Assembly: GCA_963771175.1 (NCBI GenBank)
Contig: CAVYSY010000044.1
Location: forward strand, 64,001 to 128,000
Reading direction: 5' to 3'
Source of the DNA: an uncultured delta proteobacterium
Lineage (GTDB): Bacteria; Myxococcota; Myxococcia; Myxococcales; Myxococcaceae
DNA: 64,000 nt
How positions within the stretch are numbered: the stretch's first letter is position 1; each line of letters begins with the position of its first letter. Shown piece after piece: positions 45,301-54,281 of this stretch. Both the position numbers and the translations under genes were made by a program. The notes below the pieces were generated by a model, which searched no databases, had not been told where the DNA came from, and saw only the letters and a program-made list of their open reading frames with translations.

Positions 45301-46338
45301 ATGCTCCCGTACGAAGCGCTGGAGGCCCTGGCTCGCGAAAAGCTTCCCCAGGCCGTGTTCGACTACTTCGCCGGCGGCTCGGGCGAGGAGTCCACCCTCG
45401 CGGACAACTCCGCCGCCTGGGCCCGCCTCCGCCTCCGCCCTCGCGTCCTGCGCGACGTGTCCTCCGTGGACACCTCCACCGAGCTGCTCGGCGTGAAGCT
45501 CGCCGCCCCCGTGCTCGTCGCCCCCACCGCCTTCCACTCGCTCGCGCACCCCGAGGCCGAGCTCGCCACCGCCCGTGGCACCCGCGAGGCCGGCTCCCTC
45601 CTCGTCCTCTCCTCGCGCGCCTCCCGCCGCATCGAGGACGTCGCCGCCTCCGCCGGTCCCTGGTGGTTCCAGGTGTATGTCTTTCGCGACCGCGGCCTCA
45701 CCCGCGCCCTCGTCCAGCGCGCCGTCGCCGCCGGAGCCCGCGCCCTCGTCCTCACCGGCGATACCCCCGCCGTGGGCCGCAAGCGCCGCAACCGTGGCGA
45801 CTCCACCCTGCCCCTCCCCGACGAGGACTTCCTCGCCAACCTCGAGGGCCTCACCCACCGCTCCCTCGCCGAGCAGGCCTCCGACACCTCCTTCGCCGAC
45901 CTCGACCGACTGCGCGAGGACTCCGGCCTGCCCGTGCTCGTCAAGGGCGTGCTGCGCGCCGATGACGCCCGCGAGTGTCTCCACCATGGCGCCGCCGGCC
46001 TCATCGTCTCCAACCACGGCGGCCGGCAGCTCGATGGCGCCCTCGCCACCGCCGACGCCCTCCCCGAGGTGGTGGAGGCCGCCGACGGCCGCGTCCCCGT
46101 CCTCGTCGACGGCGGCGTGCGCTCCGGCCGGGATGTGCTGCGCGCCCTCGCCCTCGGGGCCCGCGCGGTGCTCCTCGGCCGGCCCGTGCTGTGGGGGCTC
46201 GCCACCGGAGGCGCCGACGGCGTGCGTCAGGTGCTCGACTCCCTGCGCGAGGACACCGCCCACGCGCTCGCGCTCGCCGGGGCCAAAGACATCTCCTCCG
46301 TGGGCGCGGACCTGCTCGCCCCGCCCCGCCGGCCCTGA
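45301..46338 (+). CDS. FMN-dependent alpha-hydroxy acid oxidase/dehydrogenase
   Basis: FDYFAGG, LRPRVL, WFQVY, VKGV, SNHGGRQLD, DGGVRSG.D. Confidence 0.93.
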   Translation: MLPYEALEALAREKLPQAVFDYFAGGSGEESTLADNSAAWARLRLRPRVLRDVSSVDTSTELLGVKLAAPVLVAPTAFHSLAHPEAELATARGTREAGSLLVLSSRASRRIEDVAASAGPWWFQVYVFRDRGLTRALVQRAVAAGARALVLTGDTPAVGRKRRNRGDSTLPLPDEDFLANLEGLTHRSLAEQASDTSFADLDRLREDSGLPVLVKGVLRADDARECLHHGAAGLIVSNHGGRQLDGALATADALPEVVEAADGRVPVLVDGGVRSGRDVLRALALGARAVLLGRPVLWGLATGGADGVRQVLDSLREDTAHALALAGAKDISSVGADLLAPPRRP

Positions 46339-46382
46339 GCGCGCCTCACGCCCGGGACCGGGCGGGTGGATTCCGTACCGAG

Positions 46383-47119
46383 TCAGAGGCCGGTGCGGCG
46401 GGCTTCGAGCCGCGCCTGCACCTCGCGGATGATCCGCACGCAGAGAAACGCCGCGGCGATGGTGCTGACGGACCAGGCGAGCCCCACCCCATGCGCGACG
46501 AGCGGCGGAGTCAGCAACGGCAGTCGCCCGTGCATCCGTCCCACGACCCGCGAGACAACGAACGTCCCCCACCACAGGCCCAGGTGGAGCGAAGCGGCGA
46601 GGGACCGCCCCCCACCTCCTCCACGATGCTCCGCACCACACGGAAGGGCTTCACCAGGTTCACGAACGGCACGAACCAGCACCCCACGGCCCACCCGGGT
46701 GTCGCCCCCACCTCCCGGCCCCAGGCGTTCAGTTGCCGGACGACCCGGTGCAGCCACATCAGGTAGAGGATGGGGGTGACCGGGAGGATGAACACGCCAG
46801 GAATGGAGAGGAGTATCTCCAGGGTATCGACGGTATCGCTCGCGCCGGGCACCAGGAGGCCCCAGAGATAGATGAGCAGGCCCGCCACTCCCACGCCCGC
46901 CGAGAGGCGAAGGAAGCGCACGGCCCACCTGGCGCGCGCCCCCGAGGAAGGGACCGCCGCCACGTTGCGGCCGATGCACTCCCGACACAGCCCGCCACCG
47001 CTCACGCACGGAACGCAGAGGTATCGCCCACAGCGCTCACACGTCGTCACCGCGACCCGCGTCGGGTGCCGGGGGCACATCGGCCGGGGGGCGGGTGAAA
47101 CCTCGGAAGCGCTCGTCAT
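46383..47119 (-). CDS. DUF4328 membrane protein with N-terminal B-box-like Zn finger, frameshift near 46610
   Basis: CPRHP....TCERCG.YLC..C; LMWLHR, PGWAVG.WFVPFVNL.KP. Confidence 0.75.
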
Positions 47120-47167
47120 GATGCGTGACTAGGAGCTTCCGGAACCCGGGTCAACCCGCCGAGCCGC

Positions 47168-48128
47168 TCAGGCCGCCTGCTGGGGCGCGGCAGCCTCGGG
47201 CTCGGAGGACAGGTCCTCGGGAGCCTCCTCCGGCGAGGAGGAGGGCGCGAAGTTGGCGAGGGCCGCGCTGGAGAGGATGAGCACCCCGCCCAGCAGCAGC
47301 GAGGAGTCCACGCGCTCGCCGAGCATCACCACGCCCAGGAGCACGGCCACCAGGGTGTCCAGCACCGGCATGGCGCCGACGACGACGAGCGGCATGCGCG
47401 GCAGCAGCCAGAAGAGGAGCTGGTAGGTGAGGGCGGTGGCGCCCACCGCGAGGTAGGCGATGGACGAGCAGGGCGCGGGGCGTCCAGTGGGCGGGCAGCT
47501 GGGACTCGAAGGCGAAGGCGCCGGCCAGCAGCAGCACGGAGCTGCTCAGCGTCTGCACGCACACCGAGAGCCCCGTGGACACGTGCCCCAGCGAGCGCCG
47601 CACGAGGATGTTGGCCAGCGAGATGGAGACGGTGGCCACGAGCGTGAGCAGGCACCCGAGCACCACGTGCCCGGAGAGGCTCAGCCCGTGCAGGTGCTCG
47701 CGCTGGAGCGCGAGGATGCCGACGAGCCCCAGCCCCGCGGAGACGAGCTTGGCCGGGGTGAGCGGCTGGTCCGGCAGCAGCATGCGCCCCACCAGCAGCA
47801 GCCACACCGCGTAGGTGGAGAAGAGGAGCGCGGACCAGCTCGACGGAATCCACTGCTGGGCGATGAAGAGCAGCGCGTAGGGGAGGGCGATCTGCAGCAC
47901 CCCCACGCCCATCAGCATCCACCAGGTGCGAGCCCCCAGGCGCACGCGGAGGATGCCGCTGAAGGGCAGCAGCACCAGCCCGGCGAGCATCATCCGCGAG
48001 CCGGCGAAGAGCAGGGGTGGCAGGTCCTCGAGGCCCAGCTTCACCACGGACCAGGTGGAGCCCCAGAGGACGAAGCAGGCGATGTAGGCGAGGAACAAGC
48101 GAGCGCGGGACGCCCCGGGAACAGACAT
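47168..48128 (-). CDS. DMT/EamA family transporter, frameshift near 47460
   Basis: LWGSTW..VK.GL..LPPL.FAG.R; second-half VLLG..MLGE motif. Confidence 0.85.
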
Positions 48129-48239
48129 GGCGGCGCCCCCTACCATGCACGCCAACCCTCCGCCATGCACCGCGCGTCCAGAGCCGGGCCGAGCCGATGC
48201 GGATTGCTTGAGGCTACGAGAAGGGCGAGCGAGCCCACC

Positions 48240-49517
48240 TCACGGCGAGCCACTCACGCTGACGCGCTCCTGGACCATCTCGAGGTCGTTGCCCACGGGC
48301 ATCACGGCCTTCTCCACCATGCCCTGGGCGTCCACGGTGAGGGTGGCCTTCACGGGGCCCGTCTCCACCGTCACCTCCCGGCCCTCGGGGGACTCCTTGC
48401 GCCACACCTGGAGCAGCGGCGCCACCGGGTTGGCCGAGGGGCTGTAGGCCTGCAGCGTCAGCTCCTTCTTCTTGCCCGGCACGAGCTGCTCACGCAGCAG
48501 GCGCGCGGTGCCCGGGTCCGTGACCAGCTCCTGCGAGGCGGTGAAGGTGCCGTTCAAATCCTTGCCGCTGTGCTTGCCCTCGTAGCGGTACTCGCGGCCC
48601 TTCACCTGCTCGAGCGACATCTGGATGTCGAGCTCGCCGTTGGTGGCCCGGGCGTAGTCGCGCGCCACCAGCCGGCCCTCCTTGTCCGAGAGCTCCGTGG
48701 AGACGGTGTCCTGCACCATCATCTCCCTGGGCGAGCGCGGGAAGAAGAGGCTCATCTCCACCTCCGTCAGCTTCGAGCCGCCCGCGGCATCGCGCACGGT
48801 GCGCTTCTCGAAGCCCACCGGGTGGCCCTGCACGCGGATGACGTGGAACTCGGAGTAGCGCGGGGCGGGCTTCGTCTCCCCGGCGCTCTTGAGCGAGCTG
48901 GCCAGCCCACTCGTTATCCGCTTGAAGCTCTCCGAGTAGCCCAGCTCGTCGTGCGAGCACACCAGGGGCACCTGCTCATGGGTGTGGACCATCAGCTTGG
49001 CCAGGCCCGCCGCCTTCCCCCGCGGGGTGTCCACGAGGTACCGCGCCTCGGCGTACACGGTGGGGGTGTCGGCGACGAGCCGCACGTCCGTGGTGCGCGC
49101 GAGCTGGATGTCGGTGTGCTGCCCGGCCATCTCCAGCATGCGGTAGATGGCGCCCCCCGCGTCGAGCGGCTCGGAGTAGACGAAGCACGTCACGGGGCTC
49201 CGGGTGCCCACGGGGACACTGAGGATGAGCAGGCCCTGCTGCTGCTGGAAGGAGGGCGCGGCCGAGGCCTCCACCTCTCCCGTGAAGGAGCCATCCGGCG
49301 CGGACACCTGCTGCTTGGAGAGCGGTGGAACCTCGCGCGCGGCGAGCGCCTCGAGATCGACCTTCTGCGCGGAGGGGCTGGCCGGAGCCGGGGCCTCCGA
49401 CGACTCGGAGCGAGCGGGAGTCGCGGAGGGGCCGTCGGTGGGGGGCTCGGACCTGGAGGAGGCCGTGGTGGCACAGCCGGTCAGCAGGCCCAGCAGGAGG
49501 GTTGTGCGCAGCCTCAT
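48240..49517 (-). CDS. Hypothetical lipoprotein
   Basis: MRLRTTLLLGLLTGC lipobox; strong GC3 bias. Confidence 0.75.
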   Translation of the reverse strand: MRLRTTLLLGLLTGCATTASSRSEPPTDGPSATPARSESSEAPAPASPSAQKVDLEALAAREVPPLSKQQVSAPDGSFTGEVEASAAPSFQQQQGLLILSVPVGTRSPVTCFVYSEPLDAGGAIYRMLEMAGQHTDIQLARTTDVRLVADTPTVYAEARYLVDTPRGKAAGLAKLMVHTHEQVPLVCSHDELGYSESFKRITSGLASSLKSAGETKPAPRYSEFHVIRVQGHPVGFEKRTVRDAAGGSKLTEVEMSLFFPRSPREMMVQDTVSTELSDKEGRLVARDYARATNGELDIQMSLEQVKGREYRYEGKHSGKDLNGTFTASQELVTDPGTARLLREQLVPGKKKELTLQAYSPSANPVAPLLQVWRKESPEGREVTVETGPVKATLTVDAQGMVEKAVMPVGNDLEMVQERVSVSGSP

Positions 49518-49732
49518 TCTCGGTGTCTCCGGAAGGTGTCGCGGGAGCCAGCATGGCTCCGACGCGCGCGCGGCACGGTAGCGGGCGGACTCGGGGCGGT
49601 GCCAGCCGCGCGAGGCACCCACGAGGCTCGCGCGGAGTGAACGCGCCCCCTCGGGTGCAGCCCGCGTGGAAATGCACAGCCCGCGTGTGGAGCTCGGTGC
49701 CCGAGCGCGCTCGCTCGCTCGTCCACCAGCCC

Positions 49733-50134
49733 TCAGTGCCTCGTGAGCTCGAGCTGCTGGCGCAACTCCTCCAGGTCCACCGACAGCCGCTCCAGCGTGT
49801 GCCGCATGGGCTGCCTGGGCAGCTTCACCCAGCCCACCGCCGCGCACACCGCCGCGAGGACGAAGACCGCTCCCGCGACGAGAAGCGCCCCCGCCCACAA
49901 GGGCAACGCCAGCGCATCCGCTCCCGCCGTGAGCAGCAGCGCCAGCCCCACCAGCGACAGCGCCGCCGCGCCTCCCAGGAACACGCCCGCCAGACGCGCC
50001 GCGCGCACCTCCTCGGAGAGCTCCACCTTCGCGTGCAGCAGCTCCGCCTTCGCCAGCAGCCGCGCCTCGTTCATCGCCCGGCGGACGAGCTCGTTCGTCG
50101 ACAAGCCCGCCTCGGGAGTCATCCGGCTCTCCAC
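49733..50134 (-). CDS. Phage holin family (DUF1469/YqjE-like) membrane protein
   Basis: ELV......LL.KAE...AK.EL followed by two TM helices. Confidence 0.75.
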   Translation of the reverse strand: MESRMTPEAGLSTNELVRRAMNEARLLAKAELLHAKVELSEEVRAARLAGVFLGGAAALSLVGLALLLTAGADALALPLWAGALLVAGAVFVLAAVCAAVGWVKLPRQPMRHTLERLSVDLEELRQQLELTRH

Positions 50135-50172
50135 GGCCTTCCTCCTCTCGCCCGACGCCGCGCGGCGTCACC

Positions 50173-50346
50173 TCACGTCGCCCTGTGACTCCGCTCGGAG
50201 GCGACGTTCAGGATGGACAGCACCACCACGCCAATGGCCACCCCGAACGTGAGCCACAGGAACCAGCCCACCACCCCGCCCTGCACCAGGGCGACCACCC
50301 AGAGGGCCAGCAGCCCCAGTCCCAACAGCAGGTAGAGAATCGGCAT
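50173..50346 (-). CDS. 57-aa two-TM small protein (absent from the ORF track)
   Basis: GAGGAGGAGCC-ATG; MPILYLLLGLGLLALWVVALVQGGVVGWFLWLTFGVAIGVVVLSILNVASERSHRAT*. Confidence 0.65.
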   Translation of the reverse strand: MPILYLLLGLGLLALWVVALVQGGVVGWFLWLTFGVAIGVVVLSILNVASERSHRAT

Positions 50347-50355
50347 GGCTCCTCC

Positions 50356-50574
50356 TCAGATGCGGCCGAGCACCCCGAGCAACAGCCTCGGAGCCACGTC
50401 CGCCGCCGTCAGCTCCAGGGCCCGCTCCCGCTCTGACTTCTCGACCGGCTCGGCCTCCACCGGCACGGCGGGCGGGGCGGCGCGGGCCTCGACCGTGCAG
50501 CTCGGCTGGCTCGCCGTTCCTCCTGCCGCGCCGAGGCCCACCACGGCCAGCGCTGCCATCAGCGGGTGCAGCAT
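50356..50574 (-). CDS. Small secreted hypothetical protein
   Basis: GGAGG SD; hydrophobic N-terminus; first gene of a three-gene run. Confidence 0.5.
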   Translation of the reverse strand: MLHPLMAALAVVGLGAAGGTASQPSCTVEARAAPPAVPVEAEPVEKSERERALELTAADVAPRLLLGVLGRI

Positions 50575-50802
50575 CCCGTCCTCCCGGAGCCCATTCCGTC
50601 CGGTCAAACGTGGGACCCTGAACGGTTCCCGGCAAGGCAGGGCAGCCACTTCGAGCCCGCCTGACTGCGCAAGCGGTGGAGGCCTGGATCATCCAGCGCG
50701 GCTGGCCGGCCGCCTCCCCTGAGAGCTGGCGATGGGCCGCTGGGGACTCCGCACCGACCACGCCGCCAGGGCCACCGGGCACCACCTCCGGTCATGCTTT
50801 TC

Positions 50803-50833
50803 AAAAACCTGTCCGACTGTCGGACAGGTTTTT
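50803..50833. repeat. Palindromic intergenic element, copy 5
   Basis: AAAAACCTGTCCGAC-T-GTCGGACAGGTTTTT; flanks match the reverse complement of the copy 1/2 flanks. Confidence 0.95.
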
Positions 50834-50904
50834 CGAACTCGAGCCCGGAGGGTCCCCCTTCCTTCGCGCGATGTGGGGACCCCCGGACGGACTCTCCGAG
50901 GAAC

Positions 50905-51225
50905 TCAGGCCTCTGGAGCGTCGACCAGGACCTCATAGGGATCGCACTCGACCCTGCGATAGGTCCCTTCGTCGATCGCGAGCGTATGGAACTCGTCCTC
51001 CCCCCGGTCGTTCTCGAAGTTCACTTCGATCCACAGTTGTCCGTCCCCGTCCATCATCCAGACCTTCCACAACAGCCTGGAGTCGATCATCCGCTGGTAC
51101 ACCTCGCTCGTGTCGGCGTGATGGGCGAGCTCCGGGTCGCTCGGGGGTCGCTGGTCCTTCGGCCGCCGCAAGTCCTCCGGAAGGGTGTGGACGCGAATCA
51201 GGAAGTCGATCGTCTTCTTCGTCAT
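50905..51225 (-). CDS. Small acidic hypothetical protein
   Basis: ORF with plausible codon use directly downstream of the nuclease gene. Confidence 0.55.
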   Translation of the reverse strand: MTKKTIDFLIRVHTLPEDLRRPKDQRPPSDPELAHHADTSEVYQRMIDSRLLWKVWMMDGDGQLWIEVNFENDRGEDEFHTLAIDEGTYRRVECDPYEVLVDAPEA

Positions 51226-51317
51226 GGCGACGGATTGAACCACCGTGCCGCCCTCGGATGAGAGGAAAACCCTGCGCAGTTGCCCATCCAGAGCGAGCCC
51301 GGCTCAGCGCTGACTCA

Positions 51318-52088
51318 TCAGTTGCAGCCCTGGCTCGACAGCCAGTTCACGCCACGCGCCCGCTCGTTCGTGCCGTTCGAGCCGCCGTAGTCCACGTTCG
51401 AGAAAGACATGGACACGTAGCTCCCCGTGGACTGGTTCCGGATCTCCATCGTCATGTTGTTGGGGATGAGCGCGGTGGAGTTCGGGTAGTTCGCACCGAT
51501 GTAGTAGCGCAGCCGGCCGGTCGGCAGGCTCCCACACGTGGCCATCTTGTTCTCGAGCTGCGCCCAGTTTCCACGGTTGAAGTTGGCATCCTGGGGCACC
51601 AGGTTCGCCCGGCCCCCCCAGCCCCCGAGCTGCGAGCCGATGAGGTGTCCCCCGTCATAGTCGTTGCTGGGGTTTTCCGCGTCGCCCCACTGCCCCACGC
51701 TCGTCTGACAGGAGTCGATGCGCGGCGCGGCGGCGATCAGCGGCAGGTACTTGTACGCCCGGTGCGGCCGGCCCGAGCCGTCGATGAAGAAGTACTCGCC
51801 GTCGAAGTTGTGCCAGAGGTTCCGGTCGCCCGACGGGAAGTACTTCGGGCAGTCGCTGATCAGCGCCTGGGAGACATCCCCGTGGATGACGTACCCGACG
51901 CCGTAGGCCTTCATCGCCTCACGGATCTCCTCCTCGGTGTGGCTCTCGAAGAACGCCACGAGGCCGCTCGGGCCACCGAAGTCCTGCTCGAGCTGACTGG
52001 CGACGCCTTCACCGCCCAGGTCCGTGTCCGTGGCGCCGCAACCGCCGAGCAACAAACCCAACACCGCCGCGACTGAAAGCTTGTTCAT
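51318..52088 (-). CDS. Lipoprotein DNA/RNA non-specific endonuclease
   Basis: Lipobox LGGC; YDGGHLIGSQLGG...NLVPQ..NFNRG.W..LE. Confidence 0.85.
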   Translation of the reverse strand: MNKLSVAAVLGLLLGGCGATDTDLGGEGVASQLEQDFGGPSGLVAFFESHTEEEIREAMKAYGVGYVIHGDVSQALISDCPKYFPSGDRNLWHNFDGEYFFIDGSGRPHRAYKYLPLIAAAPRIDSCQTSVGQWGDAENPSNDYDGGHLIGSQLGGWGGRANLVPQDANFNRGNWAQLENKMATCGSLPTGRLRYYIGANYPNSTALIPNNMTMEIRNQSTGSYVSMSFSNVDYGGSNGTNERARGVNWLSSQGCN

Positions 52089-52169
52089 GGTGCGCATTCG
52101 TCCTGCTCCTTCTGTATCGGGTTCGCTGACTTCGCGTTCCCAAATACCAAGAAAGCAAGAGGCGCACTG

Positions 52170-52495
52170 CAAAGGTTCTGCGAAAATCCGCTGCCTCGGG
52201 GAAGGGGAAGGCGGCGGTCGTGGTTCAGCTCACCAACACATACTACGCCGAGCCATGGCGGCTGGGTGAGGCCCGGCTGACCTCCGATTGGACATCGCAC
52301 ACGGCCAGACCATTCGCGCTTCGCATGAACCGGGCGGAGATCGTCCCCGGGGCGTCGGGAGCGCTCGCGGTCGTGGCCGACAAGAGTGCCTTTGCTTCGG
52401 AGAAGGGCATGGTGAGCCTCATCCTGGAAATCTTCCGCGATGACGGGCTCCAGCAACTGGCCGTTTCGCTGGAACCTCGTCTGGTGCGGGAGTAG
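52170..52495 (+). pseudogene. C-terminal fragment of a DUF2381 (TIGR02268) family gene
   Basis: V.LTN....PW.L.EARL...RPFALRM....I.PG.SG..AVVAD..AF; no N-terminal part. Confidence 0.6.
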
Positions 52496-52504
52496 GAGCG
52501 GCGA

Positions 52505-53005
52505 ATGCGCATGATCCCCATGATGAAGGCCCTCTTCCTCTTCGCGCTTCTCCTGCAGATGTCCTTTGGATGTGCCACGACCCCGGCGGCGGTGGCGTTG
52601 CGTCCGGATGGGACTCCAGGTCCGCAGGAGTGCCCGGAGGAAGCACAGAAGGCGATGCGGTATGTGCGGATGTATGTCGGGGACGCGGCATGGGTGGAGC
52701 TCGATGCCAACCAGATGGGAGCGCGGCCCATCACCCTCTATGACGGGCCCATCGAGAGCGTCTTGCAGGACGAGCTCGGTACGCTCGATTCGGCAAGCCG
52801 TCTATACGGATGGGTCTGGACGGGAGGACCGCAGGTCGTCATCCGGTACTACGAAGCCCATCTCCCGAGGGGCGACAAGGTGCCCATCTGCGCCGTGGCC
52901 CGGCTCGGGGATGGTCAGCTCAGGAAGCGGCCCGAGTCGAAGCCCGGGACCGCCATCCTCGACTTCTCCATCGCCTCCGCCTTCGTCGTCGAGTCGTTCC
53001 GGTGA
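52505..53005 (+). CDS. Myxobacterial lipoprotein of the family found with DUF2381/Ser-Thr kinase modules
   Basis: SFGC lipobox; ECP.EA..AM, LYG.VWT.G..V.IRY..A..P.G.K.PICA. Confidence 0.7.
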   Translation: MRMIPMMKALFLFALLLQMSFGCATTPAAVALRPDGTPGPQECPEEAQKAMRYVRMYVGDAAWVELDANQMGARPITLYDGPIESVLQDELGTLDSASRLYGWVWTGGPQVVIRYYEAHLPRGDKVPICAVARLGDGQLRKRPESKPGTAILDFSIASAFVVESFR

Positions 53006-53073
53006 CCTGGGGCACGCTCGCCCAGCCCGCTAGACGTCCGCGCCCCACGGCCCCTCCTGGCCGCGCTTTTCAA

Positions 53074-53100
53074 AAACCTGTCCGACAGTCGGACAGGTTT
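53074..53100. repeat. Palindromic intergenic element, copy 6
   Basis: AAACCTGTCCGAC-A-GTCGGACAGGTTT between convergent genes. Confidence 0.95.
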
Positions 53101-53239
53101 CTGGAGAGCGCGCCCGGCGGGCCCCCCTGTTCTCCGAGCCCCACCCGCCCCTCCCAGCCACGACCAGTCCACCAAGTGGACAAGCTTCTCAAGACCCAGA
53201 CCCAACGCTCAGTCTGGGAGAACCTTGCCCAGGAATTCA

Positions 53240-53632
53240 TCAGTTGCCCATCCAGAGTGGGGAGCCCGAGCCCGGGGGCGCCGTTCGCGTCGAGGCGGGG
53301 CGCTTGGGCTGCAACTCCTCCGGGATGCCGTCCGGCCTCGACATGTGGATGCGTGTCATCGCGTCGATGAGCGAGACTCCCATCAGCAGCAGCAGGAACA
53401 CCACCGACACCGGCAGCATCACCCGCCTCGCTCCCGGCTGCTCGACGAGGTGCATGAAGAACATCGCCACCAGCACCGTCTTCACCACGGCGATTCCCAG
53501 TGACGTGGGCAGCGAGAACGGCCCCAGCGGCACCTTCGTGCCCAATATCCACGTGGCCACCGTCAGCACCACCAGCACCCCCCACACGCCCACGTAACCC
53601 CACGCGGACTTCTCCTTCTTCTCCTCCGCCAT
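53240..53632 (-). CDS. ctaF: Cytochrome c oxidase subunit IV
   Basis: YV.VW..L.VLT, IA.VK..LV.MFFMHL. Confidence 0.88.
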   Translation of the reverse strand: MAEEKKEKSAWGYVGVWGVLVVLTVATWILGTKVPLGPFSLPTSLGIAVVKTVLVAMFFMHLVEQPGARRVMLPVSVVFLLLLMGVSLIDAMTRIHMSRPDGIPEELQPKRPASTRTAPPGSGSPLWMGN

Positions 53633-53644
53633 GGTGCGCCCCCC

Positions 53645-54281
53645 TCACTCCACCAGGTACAGCAGCGGGTAGATGAACAGCCAGAAGATGTCCACGAGGT
53701 GCCAGTACATGCCCCCCACCTCCACCGGGATGTGGTACCCGGCCGAGTACTTCCCCGCCAACGCTCCCCACGTCAGCCAGCCCAGCACGCCCAGCGCCAC
53801 CAGCATGTGGACGGCGTGCAGCCCCGTGAGCAGGAAATAGAGCGTGAAGAACAGGCTCCCGCCCTGCACCGGCAAGTCCTCGAGGCGGTAGTACTCGCCG
53901 GGCAGCGCTCCCTCCGTCCCAGTGCTTCCAGTACTCCCAGCCCTTGATGCCGAGGAAGCCCAACCCCATCACCATCGCCAACACCAGCACCAGCGCCGTC
54001 AGCAATTGCTTGTCCTGACGGATGGAGTGCACCGCCAGCACCACGAAGAGGCTGCTCGTCACCAGCAGCAGCGTCTGCACCGTGGCCCACTCCGTCGCCA
54101 GGTGCTTGCTCCCCTCCCTGAACACGTCCGGGTAGTAGTACCGATACACCGCGTACCCGACGAACAGGTTCGCGAACAGCAGCACCTCCGTCCCCAGGAA
54201 CACCCACATCCCGAGCTGCGCCGCCTTCGTCTGGTTCTCCCGGCTCCCGAAGTGCTCCTCCCACGGCGACTCAGTAGACAC
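53645..54281 (-). CDS. ctaE: Cytochrome c oxidase subunit III, frameshift near 53910
   Basis: LGMWVFLGTE.LLF, LLVTSS, FF.LYF.LTGLH..H, YWHLVD..W. Confidence 0.92.

Noticed and set aside
49733..50134. Holin as part of a lysis cassette
   Set aside because: No endolysin or phage context; the family is common as a chromosomal membrane protein.
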